A DNA stretch of 64,000 nt from Mobula birostris (lineage: Eukaryota), in the NCBI RefSeq assembly GCF_030028105.1, contig NC_092381.1, forward strand, positions 65,250,505 through 65,314,504. The letters run 5' to 3'. The notes beneath the pieces are model-generated. The model saw only the letters and a list, made by a program, of their open reading frames with translations, ran no database searches and had not been told where the DNA came from. Below are positions 11,096-24,620 of this stretch, in pieces (the stretch's first letter is position 1; each line of letters starts with the position of its first letter). The position numbers were made by a program, and so were the translations under genes.

Positions 11096-11489
11096 CTCAC
11101 CTGTTAATTCTTCAGCTTCAAAATTCCTTTCTGTAGTCCTTTTCTTTTTGTGCACCACATGAAGGGAATATGTCCAAAGCTTCCTAGATACAAATGTGCC
11201 TCTAGTGCTGAGTCTTGTAGGTTCTGGGTATTTTCTTTGTGTGTGCAGGTGTTTAAATTTGTGACAGAAATGTGTTAATTAGGCAAGGATTGTTCATTAT
11301 AGATATAATAGTCATCTCATTTGCTGCTTTCACAGGTTAGAATAGGGTTACAAAATTCAAATTGACTGTGGTGCTGCTAACAGGCAGTGAGTTGCTTCTA
11401 AAGATTTTCATTTACTCAATAACTTGGTAGAGTAAATTATCTTCCACTAGTGGCATTCACTAGATTTAGACCAAAGGAAAATAAAACGA

Positions 11490-12180
11490 TAGATATAGGA
11501 CCAAAATTAGGCCATTCAGGCCATCATCAAGACTGCTCCACTATACCATGATGGCTAATTTATTATCCCTTTTAATCCATTTTTCCTGTCTTTTTCCATA
11601 ACTTTTGATGGCATTACTAATCAAGAGCCTATCAACCTCTGCTTTAATTATACCCAACAACTTGACCTTTACTGCCCTCTGTGGCAATGAATTCCATAGA
11701 TTTACCACCCTCTGGCTAAAGAAGTTCCTCCTCATCCCTGTTCTTAAGGGGACATCTTTGTATTCTGAGGCTGTACCCTCTGGTACTAGACTCGCCCTCT
11801 ATTGGAAACACCTTCACATCCACTTTTAGGCATTCCAGAATTCAATAGGTTTCAATGAGATCACCATCATCCTTCTAAATTCTAGCGAGTACAGGCCCAG
11901 AGCCATCATATGATAACCCATTATTCCCAGGATAAGTCTTTTGAACCTTCTCCTGGATGCTCTCCAATACCAGCACACCCTTTTTTTATATAAAGGACCA
12001 AAACTGCTCACAGTACTTCAAATGCAGTCTGACCAATGCCTTATAAAGCCGCAGCTTTATATTCTCACTTTTATATTCTAATCCTATCAAAATGAATGCT
12101 AACATTGCATTGCTTTCCTTACTACCAACTCAACCTGAAAGTTAACCTTAAGAGATTACTGCAGTACGATTCCCAAGGGA
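11490..12180 (-). mobile_element. CR1 3' fragment
   Basis: LGLYSLEFRRM and RRNFFSQRVVNLWNSLP motifs. Confidence 0.8.
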
Positions 12181-13214
12181 CCAGGAGGTACTTTAAGACA
12201 AGTAAGGACAATTAGTACACGAAGGGCACCATTCTCATTGGATTTCTGTATGCTCCCAAGGAAGAGAGGGAGGATTTATTTATTGAATAATTGGGAAGCT
12301 GTGGAAACAATGTTTCACATGAATAATTGTGTATATACAAGATAAGATTTCTTTCTTCCAGAAGATTGTTTATAACTTTGCTGAGGCCAAGATCACTTGA
12401 GAGGACCTTCATCTAGGAGTTGCAAATCAATCTAAAGCAATGTTATTTTTTCACATCTGAAGTCAGCAGTGAGCTCACTCTTAACCAAATTGGGTGAAAA
12501 TTGGCTCCTTATTAATTTTCTCTCCAGAATGTCAGTTCCATTTGGGCAAGTTAAGCATCAGTAAATTTTCAATGCTGGAAATGTTGGCCTGAAAGATGAT
12601 GATGTCATTAATCTTGTCAATTAATTTGAAAGATCATGTGAAAGGAAAGTTTGTGTTATGCTCTGCAGTGCCGAATGCAGGTTGTTAATATCACTGATGA
12701 ATTCAGGAGGAGCAAGATTGCTGTTGCTCATGTAGCCTAAGAGATCTCCCTAATATTGAAAGGCCTTGATAAGTGGATGTGGAGAGGATGCCTAGTACAG
12801 GTTGTTAATATCTCTGTTGAATTCAGGAGAACAAAGGTTAATGTTGATCATTAGACTGAGTTTGCTACCGAATTTAAAGGTAGCTGAATTATTTTCTAGC
12901 TAGCTAAAAGCAGTAGTGGATTATGTGGCATCTAGTTTGCATATACCATGCCCATGTGAACAACCATTGACCAAATAACCAAAAGTTTCAGCAATGTTGA
13001 CTAAAGGATAAAATTGGTCAGGATAGGTGGAATAATTAAACAGTTATTCAAAATGTTGGAACAGGATATGAGAACAAGTTTAGTGCCTAATCCTAAAGAT
13101 GTGTTTTATTCTGGGAATTTTGGCGTCATATTTGTATCATCACAGGCTTGACACTAATGCAATTCCATTAACCTTGAAAAGTAGGAATTATTAAGGTGCA
13201 CCATTACTTTTTTT

Positions 13215-13885
13215 TAGATTATGAGAACACTCAGTCCTCTTTATTGTCATTTAGAAATGCATACTTGCATTAAGAAATGATACAATGTTTCTCCGGAGTG
13301 ATATCACAGAAAACAGGACAAACCAAAGACTAACACTGACAGAACCACATAATTATAACATATAGTTACAGCAGTGCAAAGCAATACCATAATTTGATGA
13401 AGAACAAACCATGGGCATGGTAAATAAAGTCTCAAAGTCCCCGAGTCAATAGACTCCCGAGTCCCCAATAGCAGGCGGCAAAAAGGAGAAACTCCCTGCC
13501 ATAAACCTCCAGGCACCGTCAACTTGGAAGCAGCTGACCACAGCTAACACTGAGTCCATCCGTCCGAAAAATTCGAGCTTCCGACCAGCCTCTCCGATAC
13601 AGCCTCCTGAGTGCCATCCTCTGCTGAGCGCCTTCGACCTCGCCCCAGCCGCCGAAACACGCAAAGCTGAGGATTTCGGGGCCTTCTGCTCCGGAGATTC
13701 CGGTTACCACACAGTAGCAGCGGCAGTGAAGCGGACATTTCAGAAGTTTTCCAGATGTTCCTCCACACTCTCACGTCCGTCTCCATCAAATCAGAATTGT
13801 GCATGGTCCCCGACAGATAACAGACATCACCACTGAAATGGCCGCGCGCACTGTAGTCACGCTGCCATCGTCTCCTCCTCCACCA
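13215..13885 (-). mobile_element. Probable non-autonomous retroelement, family unassigned
   Basis: GC/CpG-rich island in AT-rich DNA with a minus-strand ACAATAAA 3' end; no convincing ORF. Confidence 0.45.
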
Positions 13886-14502
13886 CCGTGAACTTGGTGT
13901 AAAGAATCTCATTTTCAGATGATTTCCTTTGATTATCCATTTCCAAATTCCATAGAAATACCCAGAATCCTGTTAAAGCACATCCACGTGCAACCATTCA
14001 TGTCCATGCACTTAATCTGTTTGCAAACAAAGGAGAAGCTTACATCTTCACTGAAGATGTTTTTCAACGGGTTCTCTGAAAGGACTTTTTCATTTAACCT
14101 CATTTTCCACTTTTCTCTGTATCCATCTAAATTGGCTTTTTACATTTTGTGACTTTTTATTTTACAAACTATTATGGATTAATTATGCTATTATTTCTGT
14201 GGGACATTCAATCCACCTGCAATCTTATGTAATATGAAATGTATTAATGACCTTTTGTTACAGGTTTACAGAAGAGTAAAAATATCTTTCTCTGGTTCTA
14301 TTAGGAGAATCTTTTGTAATATTGAGTGTCTCTTTTAACTTTTCTGTTCCATACTTGTTTATTTCTGATGGTTTAAAAGAAGTGTTTCACCTCTGATCAG
14401 CATTCTATATGTATGTTTTAAGATCAGAAGAAATATTTCTAGATTACAATCATTTTCTACATTACTGATTTGAATTAGGCAATAGGGCTGGATTTTCTCT
14501 TC

Positions 14503-15410
14503 ATAAGATATAGGAGCAGATTTAGGCCAATCAGCCCATTGAGTCCATTCTGCCATTTTGTTATGGCTGAACCCAAATCCCATTCAACCCCATACACCTG
14601 CCCTCTCACCATATTCCTTGATACCCTAACCAATCAGGAATCTATCAACTTCCACTTTAAATATACCCATGAACTTGGCCTCAACCACAGTTTGTGGCAA
14701 GGCATTCCACAGATTCACCATTCTTTGGCTAAAAAAAATTCCTCCTCTTACTTCTGTTCTAAAGTGTTGCCCCTCAATTTTGAGGAACCATTCTCTCCAC
14801 ATCCACCTTATCTAGTCCTTTCAACATTTAGTAGGTTTCAATGAGATCCCCATGCATTCTTTTAAATTTCAGTGAGTACAGGCCCAAAGCTGCCAAACGC
14901 TCCTCATATGTTAATCCCTTCATTCCTGGAATCATCCTCATGCACCTCCTCTGGACTCTCTCCAATGACAATACATCCTTTCTGAGATCGGGGGCCCAAA
15001 ACTGTTGGCAATACTCCAAGTGCGGCCTGACTAGTGTTTTACAAAGCTTCGGCATTATCTCCTTGTTTTTATACTCTATTCCCCTTGAAATAAATGCCAA
15101 CATTGCATTTGCCGCCTTTACCACAGACTCAATCTGTGAATTAACCTTCTCGGAGTCCTGCATGAGGACTCCCAAGTCCATTTGCACCTCCCTATTTAGG
15201 TAATAGTCTGCACTATTGTTCATTTACCAAAATGCATTATCATACATTTCCCAACACTACCCCTTCTGCCACTTTTTTGCCCATTATTCCAATTTGTCTA
15301 AGTTCTACTGCAATCATATTGCTTGCTTAGCACTACCAACCCCTCCACTTATCTTCATATCATCTGCAAACTTTGCTACAAAGGCATCAATTCCACTATC
15401 TAAATCGTTG
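14503..15410 (-). mobile_element. CR1 3' fragment
   Basis: ANAMLAFISRGIEYK..LVRPHLEYC..LERVQRR motifs. Confidence 0.85.
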
Positions 15411-15444
15411 ACAGAGCATAGTCTCCTCTGCTGTAGACTAAATA

Positions 15445-16216
15445 CAGTGGATTCTGGTTAATTAGGACACATCAGGACCCATACATTTTGGTCAATATGC
15501 GGTTGCACTAATTAGCTGAAGTTTTTTTGGAAATAGTTTAAAATGTACAATGTTTGTATAAAAAAAACTATAACTGAGCAATAATTAATGTATTTAAATA
15601 AGATGCAGAACAAATTAGAACACTACCAATACCACTACAGTACTATAAAACTGTATTAGTTTCTAATAGTCATTGGTGGAAGAATTGATCCAGTGTATGC
15701 TGCCATGATCTTTTGATAGACTGCAAATAAACAAAGTCAGCATGGACACCTAGTGCAGATAGTAGACTATCTCCTTCATACAATGCTTTTGATGATTGTT
15801 GATACCTTCAAATTCTTCTTAGTTCCTAACTTGTTGAAGTTGTAAAATTGTTTCATTTTCATTCCTGGCCATTTCTGGCATCTCTAAGCCTGATGCTTAA
15901 AACTACAGTGAGCAAAACAGTCTGAATTGTCTTGCTGCTTATTTCTTGCCAACTATCAGTGATGGAAATCACAGCTTTTTGAACACAACACATGCAATTG
16001 ATGTTATTTAAAAACTTCACTCTAAGTACAGTGTAGTATCTAATGGCTGCACAAGTTCACAGGATTGACACTAGTTAGAAATTATTCATCAACAGTCTCC
16101 TGTCTTAATTAAGCTGCATAGTGTCCCAGCTATTTTCTCAGTTTTTGTTCTTAAGAGCTGTCCCAAATAAGCGGCTGTCCCAATTAACTGATTACCCAGT
16201 TAACCAGAATCCACTT
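15445..16216. mobile_element. Tc1/mariner (Tigger/pogo-like) non-autonomous DNA transposon
   Basis: TIRs TA|CAGTGGATTCTGGTTAA (15445-15461) and TTAACCAGAATCCACTT (16200-16216); no intact transposase. Confidence 0.75.
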
Positions 16217-17814
16217 TTATTACTTGATGCTCTTTCAAATATCAAAGATATAATGTGGAAGAATTACAGTCTTGCATACAAGTAATCTGTGCCCCCAGAA
16301 CTTGATTACAGGTATGAATTCAGGTAACTACTTTTCTCATAGTTTCCTGTATAGTATGAAGCCATGTTATGTTTCTTTTATCATTCTTAAGAATTTTTTG
16401 GAACAGACGTTTCAGGCATGTACTGCTAAAGACTTCATCTTTATTATATTGCTATTGTAATTTGAAGCCTTCAATGAACAAAAGACACAATATTTTCTAT
16501 AATAGTTATATTATACAATGTAAAAATGAGAAATGTTTAGAAATGTACAGAGTGGGAGACAACAAAAAGTATGGCTGCTTTATGGTAGATATCTATAGAA
16601 TGGATCTTAGCACTAGATCAAAGATATCTACTCTCACTATCCTCAGATTATATATGAAATGTTTCCCATTTATTTACTATTTCAATTTAGTTCAACTTCC
16701 TAATACATCAATGTTACACTAAATTTCTCTGTAAAGCAATTCCACATGTGTTAAAATATATAGTAGCATTTAATTATTTTAGGTCTATTCATTCAAGTTT
16801 CTATAACATCATTTAAACAAGGGCACTGTAATAAAACTAGTCTATTTCTTAGATGACATTTGTGAATTGTTTACAGAGGCAACCAATAGTTTTTTTTGAG
16901 GGGAGGGTGGTGATGAGGGAGTAGAACAAAGGCTACACTCAGTTAATACTGACCAATACAGTGAAGTCCATTTCTACCTTTTCACCTTTTTTTCCAAATT
17001 ACAAGATGTTCCTATTATCAAATTCAAATTTTCATTGATGAGACCAAGGGCTAGAAACATACTTTAGGCAGTGGTATAAGTGATGGATAAGGGATTTACG
17101 ACTCAATATAGCAACCTCTAATTATTTAATTCTATTGGAGTCGGTGGAATTAAATGTCAGGTTCTGTAGCTGAGAATAATAATGTTATGCAATTGTCAAA
17201 GACAAATTTCTACCCTCACTCATTCATGGATTCCTGAAGCTTTCATGACAGTGTTGTAGTCTGAAATAACAAGTGCCATGAAAATTTTCCATTGTGGTTC
17301 ACTGTAGAGTTTTTCCCCATCAGAACTCCACAGTGTATCTGAAATGGAAACAAGGAAGTAATGAACAAGCTACTGTAACAACTTAATGGTCAAATCATAG
17401 ATAGAGCTCTGCACTCAATTTTGAAGATTTTGTTTTGATAACCAAAGTGTTATCATTTAGGCTTTCAAAAGAAAGGGTACACAGAGAGAGAGAGAGTGTT
17501 GAAAGAGGTACTTGTCTGATCATAATTAGTGGCAGAGCAGACTTAATGGAGTTTACTCTAGATCCTGGAATAACAGTATTGTAGCAGTTAATGTGCAATG
17601 CATAATAATTAATTTTCTTTTTATTTAAGAGAGCGAAGAAAGGTAAAGGAAAAGCCAAGAGTGCATGTAGACATAATCTAAAAATAAAAGACTGATGAAA
17701 TTGAGATAATTATCTTCTTCCAGAGTTGTGAATCTTCAGTCTTTTCTACCCAAGGTAGGTGTAGGATGCTGTCATTAACTATAAAAAGCTAGGGATTTAT
17801 TTATTTAATTATCG

Positions 17815-18075
17815 AGCTAGAATAGGCCTTTCCAGGCCTTCAAGCTACTCAGCAATCCTCAATTTAATCCTAGCCTAATAATGGGACAATTTACAATAAT
17901 TGATTAACCTGTGAACAGTGCATCTTTAGACTGTGGGAGAAAACTGGAGCACCCAGAGGAAACCAACATAGTCATGGGGAGAATGTACAAACTCCTCACA
18001 GAAAGTGGCAGGAATTGAACCAAGGTCACTGATAATGTAAAGTGTTGTGCCAACCATTACATTACCATGCTGCCC
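17815..18075 (-). mobile_element. V-SINE (HE1-like, tRNA-derived)
   Basis: Minus-strand B-box GGTTCAATTCC followed by V-domain-like GGAGTTTGTACATTCTCCCC...GGTTTCCTCTGGGTGCTCCAGTTTTCTCCCACAGTC. Confidence 0.75.
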
Positions 18076-18334
18076 TATCTGTGTAGTACAGGAAAATCAA
18101 GCTTCTGGGGGAATGTGTATGCAGAAGCTCAAATAATACTGCACAACAGTAAATCAAGTAACTATGATCTGTTCCTTCTAATGTGTTTGTATATATACTA
18201 GTAAATCCACATATAGAAATCAGTGAATTACAGAGGCATTGGAATATTATTGCAAGTATGCATCAAAATGTGCATAGTTTTTAAGCTTTTATGTACCTGG
18301 GACTGATGTGAGATGGGCTCCACTGTATTAACAT

Positions 18335-18862
18335 TCATTCAATATCTACATCACTGCCATCACTAGCATTTTCACAAGCAGTGAATTCTCTTTCTGGCAA
18401 AAGGCCATATTCATTGAGGAAAGTTTCAACATCCACCGCAAAAAATTCTTCACCCAGCTGCTCGGTAATATGAAGGAAGTTGCCAATTAGTTCTCCTGCC
18501 TTGTACACCAGTAGTGCTGGTAGAATATTATCAGAGAAGCGGTCACTAGTTCCAGTGTTAGAGGCCTTTATTTTACAGAACTTAACCAAAGGATATTCCA
18601 AAGCAAGGCATGTTAAACAGTTAATCAAAGACTCGCATCCCTTCACTCTGTCCTCGTAAACATTCACCATCACTGTAGTTTTTTTCAATTCCTTTTCAAT
18701 CACTTCCAAGAATTGCTCCCCACTTTCAAGCTCATAGAGCATTCCAAACTGGGGGCCAACGCTTAGCTGCTGGTGCATCTCTCGCATGCATTGCTTGCGG
18801 TACCTACGAAGGCAAGCTTCATCTTCCTCATCTTGAATCATTTCATATTCTTGTACACTCAT
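18335..18862 (-). CDS. PDC: Phosducin, last coding exon (thioredoxin-like domain)
   Basis: Acceptor aaacag then MSVQEYE...[16 protein letters not shown]...[16 protein letters not shown]...[10 protein letters not shown], acidic tail, stop. Spliced CDS 73+158+528 = 759 nt = 252 aa plus stop. Short N-terminus fits PDC rather than PDCL. Confidence 0.95.
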   Translation of the reverse strand: MSVQEYEMIQDEEDEACLRRYRKQCMREMHQQLSVGPQFGMLYELESGEQFLEVIEKELKKTTVMVNVYEDRVKGCESLINCLTCLALEYPLVKFCKIKASNTGTSDRFSDNILPALLVYKAGELIGNFLHITEQLGEEFFAVDVETFLNEYGLLPEREFTACENASDGSDVDIE

Positions 18863-19604
18863 CTGTTTCAGAAGGATAAAGAGAAAACAAAAGCTTTGCA
18901 AAAGAATGTTAATTTATCATGGGAAGACGTAACTCATTGTGAATTGCCTAAGGCATCAGTATCATTCAGGAATAAAAGTCTAATTGCTTTAGTGCTGACT
19001 TGCTCATTCTTGAATTTCAAATTACTTCCTGGATTTTTGTTCGTACAGTATCTGCCTTGTCTTTAATACAAAAATGCTTATTTTCCTTTTTTGATTCAAG
19101 ACTATTTAATTCACTGAAGCATCCACAGTGACAAGTAATTTGATTTCTTGTTTGTGGCATTTTCTTGGTACATTGTTGTTTACTCTTTTAAAGATTTACC
19201 TTTATTTGTATAATATATTTATTTATTCTTTAAAAAAATATTATTGTGCTTTATTTTCTTTACTTCTTTCCTGATTGTAGTTTTTAAAATGGTGAGAGGT
19301 GTAAGATGTTTTGTGTTCCCAGGAACCCTTTCTATGAATTACTTAAAATTAACTGTGAAATGAAGTGAGCAATTAGGAAGCAAACTGCATATAGGCCTGT
19401 ATGGTGAAAGGATTTCACTGCAAGAGTAAAGACTAAATGTGTTCCTGCTTGACGAAACAACATTGGAATATTGTATACAGGCTTGATCTTATTCATTGAA
19501 GGATATACTTCGAAAGGAAGAGTGTTTTGTTGCTTTGGTTGAATCCTTGAATGGAAGGTTTGTTATACCAGGTTAAAGTAAGCACAAGAGATTACATGGG
19601 TTTA

Positions 19605-20275
19605 TACAATAGGTGCAGGAGTAGGCCATTCGGCCCTTCGAGCCAGCACCACCATTCACTGTGATCATGGCTGATCATCCACACTCAGTACCCTGTTCCT
19701 GCCTTCTCCCCATATCCCCTGACTCCGCTATCTTTAAGATCTCTATCTAACTCTTTCTTGAAAGAATCCAGAGAGTTGGCCTCCACTGCCTTCTTAGGCA
19801 GAGCATTCCATAGATCCACAAGCCTCTGTGTGGAAAAGTTTTTGCGCAACTCCGTTCTAAATGGTCTACCCCTTATTCTTAAACTGTGGCCTCTGGTTCT
19901 GGACTCCCCCAACATCGGGAACATGTTTCCTGCCTCTGGTGTGTCCAATCCCTTAATAATCTTATATGTTTCAATCAGATCCCTTCTCATCCTTCTAAAT
20001 TCCAGTATATACAAGCCCAGTCGCTCCAATCTTTCAACATATGACATTCCCGCCATCCCTGGAATTAACCCAGTGAACCTATGCTGCACTCCCTCCATAG
20101 CAAGAATGTCCTTCCTCTAATTTGGAGACCAAAACTGCACACAATACTCCAGGTGGGTTCTCACCAGGGCCTTGTACAACTGCAGAAGGACCTCTTTGCT
20201 CCTATACTCAACTCCCTTTGTTATGAAGGCCAACAAGCTTTCTTAACTGCCTGCTGTACCTGTATGCTTACTTTG
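19605..20275 (-). mobile_element. CR1 3' fragment in a PDC intron, nested in an older plus-strand CR1 remnant (about 19400-20650)
   Basis: ORF 19685-20098 with RLGLYILEFRRMRRDLIETYKI..TRGHSL..LWNALP. Confidence 0.85.
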
Positions 20276-21009
20276 AGTTTAAAAGAAATAGAGGTGATCT
20301 CATTGCAAAGTACGAAGTTCTTACAACTCCACATCTACCCTCACATACACAGTTTCCTCTAGCTAGGTTATATTGAACAAAGGGACCCATTTAGGGCAGG
20401 GTTGGAAAGAAAATTCTTCAACCAGACAAGAGTGGGTCTTTGGAATTCACTCCTCCAGAAGGCTATTGGGGATCCATTACTGAACATACTTTTGGGAGAG
20501 ATTTATAGAGTTTTAGATATTAAGAGAATTGGAGGACCCAAGGCTAACACAAAAAAAGAGATGTTGATTTTAAAAATCTGCTATGATCCTATTAAGATGA
20601 CAGTAGTCTCGAAAAGTTAAATGGCCTATCCCAGTTGTACTCCTTGTTCTTATTATAATGTCTTCATTATATGTCAGTTACACTAGTGTTTTACATCTCT
20701 TGGTGTTTTAATAATCTTCGCATCGTAATCTTGAACCTTACAATGCCATAATCAACAAAACGTTCTGCTGATTTTAATTTTCCAGTATATTTTAATTTAC
20801 TACCCATTATTGTATTTAAGAATGATTATTTTGCTAGGATTTATGTACTAAGAAAATAGACCCCCAAAATAATAGAATCCTCATTATTCCTTGTTCTGTT
20901 TCTTCCTTTTGTCCTTTTATTCTATAACTGCTGCTCTGTATTTCCGTATTTTCCTAAGAATTAATAAAGAGACAATTTCAAGTCATCAAGTCCATAGTGG
21001 CTTGTAGAG

Positions 21010-21220
21010 CAATTCCATTCCCATTTTCTCAATCCCTATGCACTCCTCATATTCCCACCAACTCCTCCTTACCCTACAACTCACCTACTCACTTGGGATA
21101 ATTTGCACTGGTATATTAATCTACTAACTGGCATGATTTTGGGATCTGAGAGAAAACTGAAGCCCTAGGAAAGAAAACCAGCCACAGGAAGAACACTTAA
21201 ACTCCACAAAGCACTTGAGG
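21010..21220 (-). mobile_element. Degenerate V-SINE
   Basis: Resembles the 17815-18075 copy (gagaaaactgaagc...aaactccaca). Confidence 0.5.
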
Positions 21221-21525
21221 TTACTACTGGTTTACTTCCCTTATTTCTTCCTCTAAATCCCTTCTAGTTGGCTGCATGATTCCTTTATTAAGGTGGTAGA
21301 TCCTTAATATATAATTAATATAATTCCTTTCATTCTGATTGCCTATATGTTGTAATTAGTGTAGGTACACTCTCTCATCCTCCTCTTTCTCTTTGGAATG
21401 TGTTGCATTCTGCAATTTTTAACCAAATTTGTTCTCCACTTCTACAAATCAACGTGTTCAGTTTATCAAATTAATTTTAAATCTTCTTTGCTTTGTAATT
21501 GATTATCTTTCCTGTTTTTACTCAC

Positions 21526-21683
21526 CTTTCGAGTGAATTTCTTTCGAGTGTCTTTGTCCTCCTTACTAAAAGAGTGGTATGGTGATGACAGTTGTCTAAG
21601 GAGTTGCTTTTTATCTGAAGAAATTTCATGGTCCTCGCTTTCTAGTTTAAATTTCCTCCAGTCATTGATCACTCCTTTTGGAC
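21526..21683 (-). CDS. PDC: Phosducin, second coding exon ([17 protein letters not shown]...RQLSSP...FTRK)
   Basis: Acceptor tttctag and donor AAG|gtgagt; 158 nt, phases 1/0 fit both neighbours; contains the G-beta-gamma-binding motif GPKGVINDW. Confidence 0.95.
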
Positions 21684-22019
21684 CTAGAAATGCAACTGTT
21701 TTAATGTTGTTTTCTGCTAGACATGTGCACATTACTAATAACATTGTCCCAATGTAGTTATACAAAATTGTATGACACAGTAACAAAATCCAGCACCAAG
21801 AGTGGCAAAATGATGTAGCAGATAGTGATGCTGCTGCTCGACTCACTAGTTTGAATGCGACCTCTTGTGCCACCTGTGCTTAACTGACTGTTGTAAATTA
21901 CCCCTCAAGTATGCTTGTGGCAGGGGAATTAGGGAGGAAATCGATGGGCATGTGAAAGAAAAATGCCGAGGAATAGCACTAATGATAATGTTCACGTAAG
22001 CTTTTCATTTGCTTTACCT

Positions 22020-22285
22020 TAAATTCCAAGTTTATTATCACTGGCATATGTCATGAAATTTGTTTTGTGGTACAGTGCAATACATTAAAAAAAAGTTACA
22101 ATAAGGAATATTATTTAAAAATAGGTAATGCAAAAAGTGATCAAAATGGTGAGGTAGTGTTCATGGACCATTCAGAAATCTGATGGTGGAGGGGAAATAG
22201 TTCTCCTAAAGTGTTGAGTGTGTGTGTCTTCAGGCTCTTGTACTTCCTCCCTGATAGTACTAATGAGAAAAGGACATGACCTTCA
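22020..22285 (-). mobile_element. Rex-type LINE 3' end fragment
   Basis: Reverse complement of the ccagtgataataaac 3' end also seen near 56005 and 63805. Confidence 0.6.
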
Positions 22286-23126
22286 TCATCAGGACCTCCC
22301 TGTAGCTCCTGTTATCGCAACAACATCGAACACATCAGATATACATGGCTGAACTTAATAACTTTGGGAATTCAAATTCTCCAATTATAATAACTGGAGG
22401 ATAGCAATAGACCTAGTAGAAACAGACAGGCTGGTGGAATATGTGGATGAAAAATTCTGAACTGTTGAGTTTTGATAGGAAGGATGAGAAAGGGCAATGT
22501 AATTTAGAAAGCTAATTTCTAAAGGGGATGTATATACAGAGAGATCAAGTAAAGAATAAATTATTGAAAGGTTGAGAAAGCATACTGGAGTACCATTGCT
22601 ATGAAATCCAGGAAAAGCTACTCTATATTAGGATAAACAAATGGTTATCAGTTACAGTTATAAATTTCTTTTGAGTTCAGAGTATTTGATTTAATTCTAT
22701 ATTCTTTGGGTAATATCCACATGGAATTCACGGCTCTATTTATAATAAAGGAGATCATGTGAGAGCACTGAAATTCACTAACAGGTTCATTGTTCATTGC
22801 CCTAGTACTCCTGAGTCAAGTGAATTGAACACCTTCTCTACCAGAAACCAAAGTACACCTACAGGAATAGGCTGGTCAATGGAAGTCAAAAATATCTTTA
22901 AAAAATAATGATATGTAACCCCTTATTTTCAATCTCCTGTTGGTTATTCTGAAGCTAAAAATAAAAGGAAAGCTCAGAAGTTCAACTGTTGATTAGTTTT
23001 TCCCACCTACTTGGCCTCAGTGATGCAGTTTAAAATTTTTTAAAAACTCGACGTACCACAGCATGATGACTCTAATCTCAATGTGATGGAACAACCCAAT
23101 AGAACACGTCAAATTTATTAGGTTAC

Positions 23127-23199
23127 CTGTATTAGAAGCTGATAATTCAAGATTTCCTTCGGATTCCACATCTTCATCCCAGCTTTGTCCACAGTTCAT
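23127..23199 (-). CDS. PDC: Phosducin, first coding exon (MNCGQSWDEDVESEGNLELSASNT-G)
   Basis: ATG at 23199; ends ACAG|gtaacc (phase 1), supplying the TG of the [10 protein letters not shown] motif; likely acceptor tttttcag puts the exon start at 23228, implying a non-coding exon further upstream. Confidence 0.85.
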
Positions 23200-23574
23200 T
23201 CTAGGACAGGTGAGCAATGGAAAGGTATCTGAAAAATGGTCAATTTCATTACAAGGTCAATTATGTCTATTGGTAATACTGTTATATAATACAAATCATG
23301 ATGTAATGTTTCTTTATAAAGAGCTGTAATATAAGACTTTGTAACTTTAAAAATAAGATTTTTTAAGAAAATGTTCCAGAGAAATACAAGACCTTCTAAT
23401 AGTTGGTGTTGAAATTACAGATCATGATTTTCAGAACAGACTGGTTTGCATACTTCCTGAACATTTTCTATTTTTGGCCTTGTTGGAGAGGGAGCAGTGT
23501 CAGTCGGATGGTTGAGAAAAATTAAAAATCAAGGTGCCTTCATGGGCTACCACTGAGGTTCATGAAAGGGTGGA

Positions 23575-24180
23575 AACTAGAACATTACAGTACAGTACAG
23601 GCTCTTTGTGCTGACCTTTTAACCTACTCCAAGATCAATCCAACCCTTCCCTGCCACATACTCCACCATAGTTTTAGACTAATTTACTCTACCTGTTACA
23701 TAGAAACTTAGAAATCTACAGAACATTACAGGCCCTTCGGCCCACAGTGTTGTGCTGACCATGTAATCTGCTCTGGAAGCTGTCTAGAATTTCCCTACTG
23801 CACAGCCCTCTATTTTTCTAATGTACCAATCTATGTGTCCCTTAAAAGACCCTATTGTACACACCTCTACCACCTTCACTGCAGTGCATTCCACCCACCC
23901 ACCACTCTCTGTGTGGAAAAACTTATCTCTGACATCTTCCTTGTACCTACTTCCAAGCACCTTAAAACTATGCCCTTGTGATAGCCATTTCAGCCCTGGG
24001 AAAAGCTTCTGGCTATCCACACAGTCAATGCCTCTCATCATAATATACACCTCTATCAGATCACCTCTCATCCTCCGTTATCCCAAGGAGAAAAGGCCAA
24101 ATTCACTCAACCTACTCTCTTAAGACATGCTTTCCAATCCAGGCAACGTCCTTGTAAATCTCCTTTGCACTTTCTCTATA
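23575..24180 (-). mobile_element. CR1 3' fragments
   Basis: MRGDLIEVY..GHSFKVLG motif. Confidence 0.8.
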
Positions 24181-24479
24181 GTTGAGGGACCTAACTTGGT
24201 ACTGTAGGTTGGAGTTCCTTTATCTGTGGTGTCAATAATCAAAAATATTTATGGAACACGAACTTATTGTAAACAAACCCATTCCATCCATGTTCATCAA
24301 TGTTGGTCCATCACTAATGCAGCCCATGCCATCAGAACAACTTTGTTCCAGGCTCCTTTATCTTCAGCAGATGACTCATGCATTCTCTCAGCAAATATAT
24401 AGACTGATTTCATACTCAGAAAATAGGAGGCAAAAATAAACATGCTCTCTGGACCTCCTCACATGCCAAAAGGGGGCCT

Positions 24480-24620
24480 GAATGGATGCTGGAAATCTGG
24501 AGCAAAACATAAAATGCTGGAGTAACTCAACAAGTCAGGAAGCATCTACAGAGGGGAATAAATAGTCAGTGCTTCAGGCTGAAACACTTCAGGATTGATG
24601 AATTTTGCATGTGTTGCTTA
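24480..24620 (-). mobile_element. Short PLE 3'-end remnant with decayed hammerhead
   Basis: gatgctggaaat...aaaatgctggagtaactcaacaagtcagg matches the PLE 3' ends elsewhere in the window. Confidence 0.6.

Noticed and set aside
21466-21873. 135-aa ORF as a standalone gene
   Set aside because: Only 21526-21683 is exon; the rest is intron read-through. The same applies to the first 13 codons of ORF 18335-18901.
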